Assembly: GCA_963630135.1 (NCBI GenBank)
Contig: CAVGMK010000111.1
Location: 1-43,008, forward strand
DNA from: Oscillospiraceae bacterium
GTDB lineage: Bacteria; Bacillota; Clostridia; Peptostreptococcales; Anaerovoracaceae
DNA: 43,008 nt
Direction of reading: 5' to 3'
Shown here: piece by piece, positions 1 to 8,353 of the stretch
Layout: each line of letters starts with the position of its first letter
Position numbering within the stretch: the stretch's first letter is position 1
Notes under the pieces: model-generated
Told to the model about the DNA's origin: nothing
Seen by the model: only the letters and a program-made list of their open reading frames with translations
The model's database searches: none
Made by a program: the position numbers and the translations under genes

Positions 1-483
1 GTACAGACGGCTACCCTTCTTGATTACCTTGCTGTCCATGTTGCCGCCGTGATCGCCAATCTGCACGCAGGCAATCTCTTCGCCTGCCGGTGCCACGCCG
101 ATAACGCCAATCATCGGATCCACTTCCCACTGGAGGTCGTTGAAAGTCGCGATGCGGTTCTCAATTGGAATCACCTTCGTGCGCGGCTCGCAATCCTCCA
201 CCAGCGGTCCGCCTACTGCGCAGCACACGCCCTGCGGATCCACTTCCACGTCGAGAATATCCACCACCAGCACGTCGCCCGGCTCTGCGCCTTCCACGTA
301 CAGCAGACCCGTCGCGAAGTCGGAAGTCTCTTCATCTAGGTCAAAAGGAAAATCCGCGTCCGTCTTGACCTGTCCGGAGTAGCAGTCCAGTGTGCGGAAC
401 TGCACGGTCTCGCCGTCCTTCGCACGATAACATGGTTCGTGGTCTTTCGAAAAAGTTCTTACAAAATCGTCGATAACTACCAT
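1..483 (-). CDS. Acetamidase/formamidase family protein (3' end outside window)
   Basis: Manual translation from ATG 483: MVVIDDFVRTFSKDHEPCYRAKDGETVQFRTLDC...GAEPGDVLVVDILDV...PMIGVIGVAP...GDHGGNMD. GAEPGD and HGGNMD are family motifs; GAGGAGG RBS upstream. Confidence 0.85.
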   Translation of the reverse strand, partial: MVVIDDFVRTFSKDHEPCYRAKDGETVQFRTLDCYSGQVKTDADFPFDLDEETSDFATGLLYVEGAEPGDVLVVDILDVEVDPQGVCCAVGGPLVEDCEPRTKVIPIENRIATFNDLQWEVDPMIGVIGVAPAGEEIACVQIGDHGGNMDSKVIKKGSRLY

Positions 484-544
484 AAGTCGTTCCTCCTCTT
501 CGTTCTTTCTGTTATTATTCTAGGAGATGCTTTTCTTTAGATGG

Positions 545-575
545 ATTCTAACCCTCAAGCGAACTAGAGAGTCAA
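545..575 (-). promoter_or_regulatory. MerR-type sigma-A promoter with 19-bp spacer and dyad operator driving the amidase
   Basis: Minus strand TTGACT-CTCTAGTTCGCTTGAGGGT(19 nt)-TAGAAT, with imperfect dyad ACTCTCTAG-ttcg-CTTGAGGGT; a MerR gene lies divergently. Confidence 0.8.
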
Positions 576-853
576 TATGGGAATAGTGATTTTCGACAAA
601 ATATATCGGGACTTTTCGTGAAAAGGGTTCAAAAAGTCTGGCGTGCGATAATGATATTTCTTCTAACGGTTGAATGACGAATCAATTCGATGCGTTCGAT
701 AAATTCGATGGAACGGAAGGGCTGGAAAACAGAGTGCCAGATAGAAGACGGGTTCGAATCAGATAAATCAGGATAGAAGAGAAGAATATTTATATAGAGC
801 AATATCCTGGAAATAGATGGCAGCAGTGGGGAGACAGAACAGGAGGGGCGCAC

Positions 854-1888
854 ATGAAATCTGATAATTTGAAATCTGCACATCGCAAATCCGCGTCCCT
901 AGACGCTATAGCGGCAGAGGTTGCATCGCGGGAATTGGAAGCGATGGATCAAATGCGGAAGTCTATCCAGCAAGAACCGAAGCCGGCGCAGCAGATGTAC
1001 AAAATCGGCGAGTTCGCGAAGCTGACCGGACTCTCCATTCCGACGCTGCGATATTATGACCAGCTGGGCGTCCTCTCGCCGGAGGTCAAGCTGCAGAACG
1101 GCTATCGTCTCTACGCCGGCCGGCAGCTCTTTGAGACGCAGTTCATCAGCAATATGAAATCCGTCGGCCTGTCCCTGGAGGATATTCGCTATCTCGTCCA
1201 GCATCCGGAGCCGGATGTTATCCTGCCAAAGCTGGAGAATCTGCAACGCAAGCTGGCGGCGGACCTTTGTCAGATACAGAACCTGGAGAAGTATTTCCGT
1301 ATCGGCGCCAGTCAGCCGGAGCAGCTATCGCTCCAGAATATCGAACACAGCCAACTGGCGGCGACCTATGCCATCTGTACAGAAATTGAAGAATCCCATG
1401 CAGAGGGAATCTTCGGCTACCACGCGCAGGCGCTGCAGAAGAAACGGGACGAGCTTGGCCTGCGCCAGCACTCCGGCATGCGGATTGTCCTTCGGGAACT
1501 CACTGGCGGAATCGACGAGGATGGTTCCGGCAGTGATGCCGGTGACGCCGGTGACGCCGGAAAGAAACCGGTTAGATTCAATCGGAAGAAGGAGAGAACG
1601 GCTTCCAGAGAACCGGCGAAGAATCTCCTCATCTGTCCGGTGCATGCGCCGGAAACCGAAGCGCAGAAGGCGGCGGTGCAGTGGTTCCCGAAGAAGAAGA
1701 CCGTCAGCTGTATTCTGAGAAAAGAAGATGTGGATTACGCCGAAGAAATCCGAATGCTGCGGGAACACCTGTCCGCCAAAGGCTTGGAAGCAGCAGATAG
1801 CCCGGCTGTCGCCGAAGGGCTCCTGGATCCGGGCGACCTGCCTGGCCAGACGATGATTCTGGTGCGGCTGCATCTGCCGGTGCGGTAG
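854..1888 (+). CDS. MerR family transcriptional regulator with C-terminal effector (GyrI-like) region
   Basis: YKIGEFAKLTGLSIPTLRYYDQLGVLSP...NGYRLY...GLSLEDI MerR HTH; AGGAGG RBS before ATG 854. Confidence 0.9.
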   Translation: MKSDNLKSAHRKSASLDAIAAEVASRELEAMDQMRKSIQQEPKPAQQMYKIGEFAKLTGLSIPTLRYYDQLGVLSPEVKLQNGYRLYAGRQLFETQFISNMKSVGLSLEDIRYLVQHPEPDVILPKLENLQRKLAADLCQIQNLEKYFRIGASQPEQLSLQNIEHSQLAATYAICTEIEESHAEGIFGYHAQALQKKRDELGLRQHSGMRIVLRELTGGIDEDGSGSDAGDAGDAGKKPVRFNRKKERTASREPAKNLLICPVHAPETEAQKAAVQWFPKKKTVSCILRKEDVDYAEEIRMLREHLSAKGLEAADSPAVAEGLLDPGDLPGQTMILVRLHLPVR

Positions 1889-1938
1889 TAATTGGACTGC
1901 TAGTAAATGAGTCGGTAGTTGTGAAAGAGGTAAATACA

Positions 1939-2130
1939 ATGTTTCACAAGATTAAAAATGTTGCAGCTATGCCAGATTTCAAGTTAAGTGTTCAATTTAG
2001 CGAAGGAGTTACTAAGATATATGATGTAAAGCCTCTGTTTGATAGAATCCCTGCGTTCAAGGGGGTGAAAACAACCAATCAAATGAAAAGCTCGATAAAC
2101 ATAAGCATTGGTAGAAAGGGTCAAAAATAA
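1939..2130 (+). pseudogene. Truncated DUF2442-like protein (5' half only)
   Basis: MFHKIKNVAAMPDFKLSVQFSEGVTKIYDVKPLFDRIPAFK matches the first ~40 aa of the intact copy at 6235, then diverges into unrelated sequence. Confidence 0.7.
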
Positions 2131-2700
2131 ATGAACTGGAACGACGGAAAGAACCGATGCTGCTGGGCGAACCCGAAGAACGAGCGGTACATTCGCTATC
2201 ACGATGAGGAATGGGGCGTGCCGGTGCACGACGACCACAAGCTGTTCGAAATGCTGATACTGGAATCCTTCCAGGCCGGGCTTTCCTGGGAATGCGTACT
2301 GAACAAATGGGATGCGTTCCGCGAGGCATTCGATGACTTCGACCTGGACAGAATCTGCGCCTATGACGAAGAGAAGCTGGAGGCGCTGAGAAATAATCCC
2401 GGTATCATCCGAAATCACCTCAAGATCCGGGCGGCCGTCACGAACGCCCGGGTATTTCGAGAGATTCAAGCGGAGTGCGGTAGCTTCTCGGATTATCTCT
2501 GGAGCTGGACAGAAGGCAAAGTCCTCTACGAGCGGGGACAGACAACATCGCCGCTGTCGGATGCGATATCGAAAGACCTGAAGAGACGAGGCATGAAGTT
2601 CACCGGCTCCACGATGGTCTATTCGTATCTGCAGGCCGTTGGTGTCATCTATTCGCATGAGGAAGGGTGCTTCCTGGCGAGAAAGGGGGAATTCTCTTGA
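2131..2700 (+). CDS. tag: DNA-3-methyladenine glycosylase I
   Basis: RCCW...YHDEEWGVPVHDDHKLFEMLILESFQAGLSW...IIRNHLKI...SKDLKRRGMKFTG...YLQAVG...H...C motifs. Confidence 0.95.
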   Translation: MNWNDGKNRCCWANPKNERYIRYHDEEWGVPVHDDHKLFEMLILESFQAGLSWECVLNKWDAFREAFDDFDLDRICAYDEEKLEALRNNPGIIRNHLKIRAAVTNARVFREIQAECGSFSDYLWSWTEGKVLYERGQTTSPLSDAISKDLKRRGMKFTGSTMVYSYLQAVGVIYSHEEGCFLARKGEFS

Positions 2701-4406
2701 AGAAACGATTACTACTGGCGTTCCTCATCGCCTGCATGGTGATGGCACCAATCGCTTGCTACACCGCATTCGCGGCAACTTCGCAGAGCGATAGCGAGGC
2801 GACAGCCAGCGCTTCCGAAGACGGCACATCCGAAGACACCGCAAGCAGCGAGTCCGACGCCTCTGGCACCACAAGCTCCGGCAAGACCGATAAGACCGGA
2901 AATAATACCAAGAACTCCGGCAAGTCCGGCACCGCGAAGGACACCACCGCCAACCAGATTACCGGCTTCGACGACTTCAACTCGCCGGACATGAAGCTCG
3001 GCGTTGCCAGCGGCTCGCCGGCGCACCTGGTGGCGGAGGAAGTGTTCCCGAACGGGAACTTCGAATCCTACTACAGCTTCGTCGACGCCTACACGGCGGT
3101 CAAGACGGGTAAAGTAGACGGCTTCGCCTTCACCTCTACCATCCTGAATGAGTTCTGCCGCAAGGATCCCAGCGTGACCATCATGGACGGCGGCTACGGT
3201 TCCGTCAAGATTTCCGCCGGCCTCGCGAAGGGCAACACCGCCCTCTGCGCGAAGGTCAACCGCGTCATCGCGGAGCTCCGAGCGGACGGCACCCTGGCCG
3301 AGATGGAGAATCGCTGGATGACGAACGGCGAGACCACCATGCCCGCCCTCGACAAGCCTGCGCACCCAAGCGGCACCCTCCGCATCCTGACCGAAGGCCT
3401 CCAGAAGCCGTTCTCCTTCAACGCCGACGGCGAGTACATCGGCTTCGACATCGAGCTCGGCGCACGCATCGCCTACAGCCTCGGCATGGACTACGAGATT
3501 ATCACGATGAACTTTGGCTCCTTGATTCCGGCCTTGAACAGCGGCAAAGGCGACATCATCCTCTGCGACATGAATGAATCCGAGGAGCGCCGCAAGGAAG
3601 TGCTCTTCTCCGATTCCTATTACACTTCGGACCTTTCCATTCTGGTCCAGAGCAGCCGTTACATATCCAAGTCGGACACATCCGACCAAGCGGAATCGGG
3701 CGGCGAGACGTCGATTGTCGATAAGTTCCGGTCTACTTTTATCCTAGAACACCGCTGGAAAGCGTTCCTCCGGGGCATCGGCGTCACCATACTGATCAGT
3801 ATCTGCGCTTTCGTGCTCGGCACCGCGTGGGGCGCGGCGCTCTGTCAGATGGAGCGGTCCGGGCGGCGGCTGCTGCGCGGGTTCGCCGTGGGCTATTGCA
3901 AGCTCATCACCGGCATTCCGGTGCTCGTGTGGCTCATGATTCTCTATTACATCGTGTTCGGCAGCGTCAATCTGTCGAATATCGCAGTGGCGATTATCGG
4001 GTTCGGCCTTGTGACGGGTGCGTCGCTCAGCGGCGTCTTCCGGACCGGCCTCAATTCCGTCGACGCCGGGCAGCGGGAGGCCGCGGCAGCGCTGGGTTTC
4101 ACGCCGCGTGAGACGTTCTTCCGCATCGTCTTCCCGCAGGCGGCGAGCCGCGTGGCGGACCTGTACGCCGGCCAGTTCGTGGCGCTCACGAAGTCCACAT
4201 CCATCGTCGGCTACATCGCCATCGAGGACCTGACCAAGGTCTCCGACCTCGTGCGAAGCCGCACGTACCAGGCGTTCTTCCCGCTCATCGCCACGGCGAT
4301 TCTGTACTTCCTGATTACCTGGCTCTTCATCGTGCTCCTGCGCATGCTGCAGCGGCGCCTGGACCCGAGGACGCGCAGGGGTCTGCTGAAGGGGGTGAAA
4401 CTGTAA
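2697..4406 (+). CDS. Polar amino-acid ABC transporter, fused substrate-binding protein + permease
   Basis: Signal peptide, Ser/Thr/Asp-rich linker, SBP_bac_3 motifs (GFDIEL, EERRKEVLFSDSYY), permease EAA loop (GQREAAAALGF). TTG start at 2697 after AAGGGGG overlaps the tag stop. Confidence 0.9.
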   Translation: MKKRLLLAFLIACMVMAPIACYTAFAATSQSDSEATASASEDGTSEDTASSESDASGTTSSGKTDKTGNNTKNSGKSGTAKDTTANQITGFDDFNSPDMKLGVASGSPAHLVAEEVFPNGNFESYYSFVDAYTAVKTGKVDGFAFTSTILNEFCRKDPSVTIMDGGYGSVKISAGLAKGNTALCAKVNRVIAELRADGTLAEMENRWMTNGETTMPALDKPAHPSGTLRILTEGLQKPFSFNADGEYIGFDIELGARIAYSLGMDYEIITMNFGSLIPALNSGKGDIILCDMNESEERRKEVLFSDSYYTSDLSILVQSSRYISKSDTSDQAESGGETSIVDKFRSTFILEHRWKAFLRGIGVTILISICAFVLGTAWGAALCQMERSGRRLLRGFAVGYCKLITGIPVLVWLMILYYIVFGSVNLSNIAVAIIGFGLVTGASLSGVFRTGLNSVDAGQREAAAALGFTPRETFFRIVFPQAASRVADLYAGQFVALTKSTSIVGYIAIEDLTKVSDLVRSRTYQAFFPLIATAILYFLITWLFIVLLRMLQRRLDPRTRRGLLKGVKL

Positions 4407-5482
4407 TGATTCAAATTGAGAATGTATGCAAATCCTTCGGGGACAAAGAAGTCCTCGCGAACATCAGCGTGGACATTCACGATGGCGATGTGATATCCAT
4501 CATCGGCCCATCCGGCTGTGGTAAAAGTACGTTTCTCCGCTGCCTCAACCTCCTAGAGCGCCCGACGTCCGGGCGGATCCTCATTGATGGAGAGGATATC
4601 ACCGCGGCGGACAAGAAGCAGCTCGCGAAGGTGCGGCAGAAGATGGGGATGGTCTTTCAGTCCTTCAACCTGTTCAGCCACTTGACGGTGATTGAGAACA
4701 TCATGCTGGCGCCTGTTCATCTCCTTGGCATGGACAAGCAGACCGCCTACGACGAGGGAATGGAACTTCTGCGGTCTGTCGGCCTCGAGAGCAAAGCACT
4801 GGAATATCCGGAGGCCCTCTCCGGCGGCCAGAAACAGCGTGTGGCCATCGCGCGGACGCTGGCCATGAAGCAGGATGTCATTCTTTTCGACGAGCCAACC
4901 TCCGCCCTCGATCCGACGATGATCAACGAGGTGCTGGGCGTCATCCACCGACTTGCCGAGCGCGGCATGACCATGCTCATCGTCACCCACGAGATGAGCT
5001 TCGCCGAGAAGGTCGCAAACCGCGTCTTCTATATGGATGAGAAGGGCATCTATGAAGACGGTACCCCGGAGCAGATCTTCCGGCATCCGCAGAAGCCGAA
5101 GACGCAGGATTTCATCTATAAGATACGCTCCTTCTCCTACGATGTCCACGGCAGCACCTTCGACTTCTACGAGCTACTAGGCCAGGCCGTCGACTTCATG
5201 AAGAACCTCCGCCTGGATGACCACCGCATCCGGAACGTCGTGCTCTTAGGCGAAGAGCTCATCTTCCGCCGCCTCTTCCCGGCCCTCGGACGGGAGACCG
5301 CGGAGTTCCGCCTGACCTTCCGTTATTCGGAGAAGCAGGGATCGGCCGAGCTCCTTTTCGAGGGCGATGCCATCCCATCAGATCTTGCGGACTGCGCCTA
5401 CGATGACATTTCCGAGAAGATTGTCCGTAGCATCGCGACGGACCTCCGCTCCGAGCCGGGTCGGCTGGTGGCGGAGCTGTGA
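4406..5482 (+). CDS. Amino-acid ABC transporter ATP-binding protein (GlnQ-like) with ~115-aa C-terminal extension
   Basis: GPSGCGKS Walker A, LSGGQKQR signature, ILFDEPTSALD, VTHEM. Confidence 0.93.
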   Translation: MIQIENVCKSFGDKEVLANISVDIHDGDVISIIGPSGCGKSTFLRCLNLLERPTSGRILIDGEDITAADKKQLAKVRQKMGMVFQSFNLFSHLTVIENIMLAPVHLLGMDKQTAYDEGMELLRSVGLESKALEYPEALSGGQKQRVAIARTLAMKQDVILFDEPTSALDPTMINEVLGVIHRLAERGMTMLIVTHEMSFAEKVANRVFYMDEKGIYEDGTPEQIFRHPQKPKTQDFIYKIRSFSYDVHGSTFDFYELLGQAVDFMKNLRLDDHRIRNVVLLGEELIFRRLFPALGRETAEFRLTFRYSEKQGSAELLFEGDAIPSDLADCAYDDISEKIVRSIATDLRSEPGRLVAEL

Positions 5483-5501
5483 GGAAGGTAAGATCAATTA
5501 T

Positions 5502-5536
5502 TGCGTAGCCATGGAGACATGTGGCTACGCATTTTT
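5502..5536 (+). terminator. Intrinsic terminator after the ABC operon
   Basis: TGCGTAGCCA...TGGCTACGCA stem followed by TTTTT. Confidence 0.75.
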
Positions 5537-5550
5537 GTGCAAAAAATACA

Positions 5551-5596
5551 TTTACATTCACTCGCAAAAATCTTAGAATTTAAGAGTAAATATAAA
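5551..5596 (+). promoter_or_regulatory. abiEi promoter with overlapping inverted-repeat operator
   Basis: TTTACA-17nt-TAGAAT; imperfect IR TTTACATTCACTC / GAGTAAATATAAA. AbiEi proteins are known to autorepress through promoter inverted repeats. Confidence 0.65.
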
Positions 5597-5608
5597 GGCG
5601 GTGATGTA

Positions 5609-6202
5609 ATGAACAATCGTATGATTCTGGAACAGTTGATGGAAGAAAACAAGGGCTATCTATTGGCATCGAAGGCGATTGAGAAAGGCGTATCTCGTAC
5701 AATTCTCTCTCAATATGTGAAAGAGAAAGGCCTTGAAAGAGTTGCAAGAGGAATCTACATCTCGGATGATGTGTGGCCGGATGAGCTGTACATTCTGCAA
5801 GCAAGAAATGAGAAGATTGTCTTCTGCGGTGAGACTGCGCTCTATCTTCATGGATTGCTAGACCGAGAATATAGAGAAATCTGTATCTCCGTTCCAAGAG
5901 GCTCCAATGTATCGCATCTCAATATCCGAAATTTACAGGTAAAATATCCATCGCAAGAAACACATATGTTAGGTGTGTGCGAGGTTCCTTCTACCAGTGG
6001 CAATCTCGTTCGTGTGTATGACAAGGAGCGTTGCATCTGTGATTTAATCAAGAATCGCTCGCATGTAGATGTCCAGAATTTCCAGACAGCAATGAAAGAA
6101 TATATGACCGACCGAGAGAAGCAGCTTTCTCGACTAACCCAATATGCGCAGATGTTAGGAGTACGCGACGAGGTGATGAAATACGTGGAGGTGCTGGTGT
6201 GA
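5609..6202 (+). CDS. abiEi: Type IV TA AbiEi family antitoxin (no AbiEii toxin downstream)
   Basis: LERVARGIY, ETALYLHGL.DR, VYDKERCICDLIKNR, LTQYAQMLGVRDEVMKYVEVL are typical of clostridial AbiEi; ATG 5609 follows GGCGGTG. Confidence 0.85.
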   Translation: MNNRMILEQLMEENKGYLLASKAIEKGVSRTILSQYVKEKGLERVARGIYISDDVWPDELYILQARNEKIVFCGETALYLHGLLDREYREICISVPRGSNVSHLNIRNLQVKYPSQETHMLGVCEVPSTSGNLVRVYDKERCICDLIKNRSHVDVQNFQTAMKEYMTDREKQLSRLTQYAQMLGVRDEVMKYVEVLV

Positions 6203-6234
6203 TTCATATGAAGTGTTAGAAAGAGGTAAATACA

Positions 6235-6513
6235 ATGTTTCACAAGATTATGAGTGTTATAGCCATGCCAGATTTCAAGTTGAATATTCAATTTGACGAA
6301 GGCGTCATTAAGATATATGACGTAAAACTGTTGTTTGATAGATTCCCTGAGTTTAAGCGCTTGAAGAACAATCCAGAGAAATTCTATGATGTTACCGTGG
6401 ATGCTGGCGGTTACGGAATTATACGGAATGACGAATTAGATTTATCCTGTGACGAGTTGTGGGAATCTGGGCTACAACAGACCATGAAATGTTCATTTGC
6501 AATTAGTGAATAA
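6235..6513 (+). CDS. DUF2442-like protein (putative antitoxin)
   Basis: V.AMPDFKLNIQFDEG..KIYDVK.L...F.DVTVDAGGYGII.ND.LDL..DELW pattern; AGAGG RBS. Confidence 0.7.
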   Translation: MFHKIMSVIAMPDFKLNIQFDEGVIKIYDVKLLFDRFPEFKRLKNNPEKFYDVTVDAGGYGIIRNDELDLSCDELWESGLQQTMKCSFAISE

Positions 6514-6515
6514 TA

Positions 6516-6563
6516 TTTAGATCTAAAAAAATATATTTACATTTAGATCTAAATATGCATAAT
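6516..6563 (+). promoter_or_regulatory. Two TTTAGATCTAAA palindromes flanking the putative -35 of the HNH-DGQHR operon
   Basis: Palindromes at 6516-6527 and 6541-6554 (ATTTAGATCTAAAT); TTTACA at 6536-6541 and CATAAT at 6558-6563. Confidence 0.6.
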
Positions 6564-6584
6564 GTGTAATAAAGGAGGAGAACG

Positions 6585-7064
6585 ATGAATTTCAACGATA
6601 AAATTTTGTCGGCTATAGATGAAGCGCGTTTGCTTGGGTTATTTAAGTCATTTTGCGAAAAGAATGAGAGTGTGTCGTCTAAGCAGAGACTACGAAACAT
6701 CATCTCAAGAGCTCCTGATAAGGAAAACGCTGTTAAGTCCATATTTCAAAATGAGATGGATGTAAGTTTAGCTGATAGCGAAGTGAAACGAATGTATTGC
6801 TTGATAAAAGCGTTTTTGAGCAAATCAGCTCTTAGAAAAAACATTCATGCAGAAACTAAGAGGGATTTATTAAAGAAACAAAATTACAAGTGTAAGCTTT
6901 GCGGTTCTGTAATTGATTTGAATTCTCATACGGATCATATCGTCCCATTTAAGTATGTCGGTGATGAATTAAACGAAAATCTACAGATGTTATGTGAACA
7001 CTGCAATAAGTCAAAAAATGCAAGCATAGATTACGAAGTAAAAGCCTTATTAAAACTAGTGTAG
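6585..7064 (+). CDS. HNH endonuclease with helical N-terminal domain
   Basis: CKLCG...HTDHIVP...GD...NLQMLCEHCNKSK zinc-HNH motif; AGGAGG RBS. Confidence 0.9.
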   Translation: MNFNDKILSAIDEARLLGLFKSFCEKNESVSSKQRLRNIISRAPDKENAVKSIFQNEMDVSLADSEVKRMYCLIKAFLSKSALRKNIHAETKRDLLKKQNYKCKLCGSVIDLNSHTDHIVPFKYVGDELNENLQMLCEHCNKSKNASIDYEVKALLKLV

Positions 7065-7076
7065 GAGGTTCGGGAA

Positions 7077-8174
7077 ATGAAAAAATTGTATTTATTAAAA
7101 GTTACTCAGCATAAGATGACAAGATATGTTGGAAAAGCTCAAGCAAAAGACCTTGTTAGGTTAGCTACCAAAGCGGAAATGCAAGCTGAACAAGAAGCGC
7201 AAAGGCCAATTAACCCTAAACGAGTGGAAGAAATTTCCTCATTTGTAAGTAGCGAGGGATCGCTTTCAACTTCAATCGTAATTGGTACAACAAATGATAA
7301 TTTAACGGTCTATCCAGTTGAAGAAAATCCAATTAAAGACTTATATTATATGGATTTTCCGGAAACTGATGAAGAATTTGAAAAGATGAAAGACTCTTTT
7401 GATATTATGGATGGGCAACACAGGCTGTTTTCGTTTCTACCAGAATATATTAAGTTGCCTGATGATGTTGTTTTTGAAGTAACTTTCGAAATGTACATTA
7501 AGCCAACAACTAGAGAAAAAAGAATTATTTTTAAAAATACAAATGAAAAGCAAGAAAAGGTGGCTTCTAATCTTTTAATGTGGTTTAGAGAAAAACTTGG
7601 ACTGTTATCGGGAAAAGAACAAACATATCACCCCGTGGTTGCACTTTTAAGCTCAGAGTCTTGCTCCCCTCTTAAAGGTAGAATTATTATGGGTGCAGAA
7701 AAAATTACAGGTGGATTTAAAGCACAGCAAGTAATCACAATTCTAGACAAGGTTGATGTAATAAATATTGCAGGAGAGCGATTAACGGATGATAAAATGC
7801 TTCAACTTATATCAGAATATCTTTGCGGCTGGGAGGATGCTGTTGGTGCAAAAATAGTTGATAGAGATAAAGATTTAGGTGCATTTTCGAAAATAGCGGG
7901 TCTTCGTTTTATGATTTTAATGTTACCAGCATTTTATAATCAGGCAGTAAATGAAAAAGAGAAGTTTTCTCACAGTTATGTTTCAAAGAAGTTAAAGGAT
8001 TTATTTGCAAATGAAGGAATGATTCCGAGAGACATATTCGATAAAAATAGTGATTATATTAAGAGCCTGGGTAGTAATCCATTTTCAGGAGAAACACCAA
8101 TTACCCTATTATCTAAAGAATGGATTGGCAAATTAAAAGGCTCAGTTTCAAAAGATTTTGACCCATTGGCATAA
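7077..8174 (+). CDS. DGQHR (DndB-like, ParB/Srx-fold) domain protein
   Basis: AQRPINPKRVEEI, IMDGQHRL, IF..TN..QEKV motifs; GGAGG RBS 12 nt after the HNH stop. Confidence 0.85.
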   Translation: MKKLYLLKVTQHKMTRYVGKAQAKDLVRLATKAEMQAEQEAQRPINPKRVEEISSFVSSEGSLSTSIVIGTTNDNLTVYPVEENPIKDLYYMDFPETDEEFEKMKDSFDIMDGQHRLFSFLPEYIKLPDDVVFEVTFEMYIKPTTREKRIIFKNTNEKQEKVASNLLMWFREKLGLLSGKEQTYHPVVALLSSESCSPLKGRIIMGAEKITGGFKAQQVITILDKVDVINIAGERLTDDKMLQLISEYLCGWEDAVGAKIVDRDKDLGAFSKIAGLRFMILMLPAFYNQAVNEKEKFSHSYVSKKLKDLFANEGMIPRDIFDKNSDYIKSLGSNPFSGETPITLLSKEWIGKLKGSVSKDFDPLA

Positions 8175-8353
8175 ATTAAAGATAACATCCATATAATGAT
8201 GTAAATTTGGGAATGAATATAAATCAACTATCTATATTCTGCTCAATTCAACAAATACCATGTTATCAGGTAAGGAAACGCTATAGCTTGATTCAATATC
8301 ATACAGTAGTACTATTCTGGCCTTATTGAACTTAATGCATACGGAGGTATGAA

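Noticed and set aside
7077..8174. Dnd phosphorothioation or Dpd system
   Set aside because: Only a DGQHR protein is present; no dndACDE or dpdA genes are in the window.
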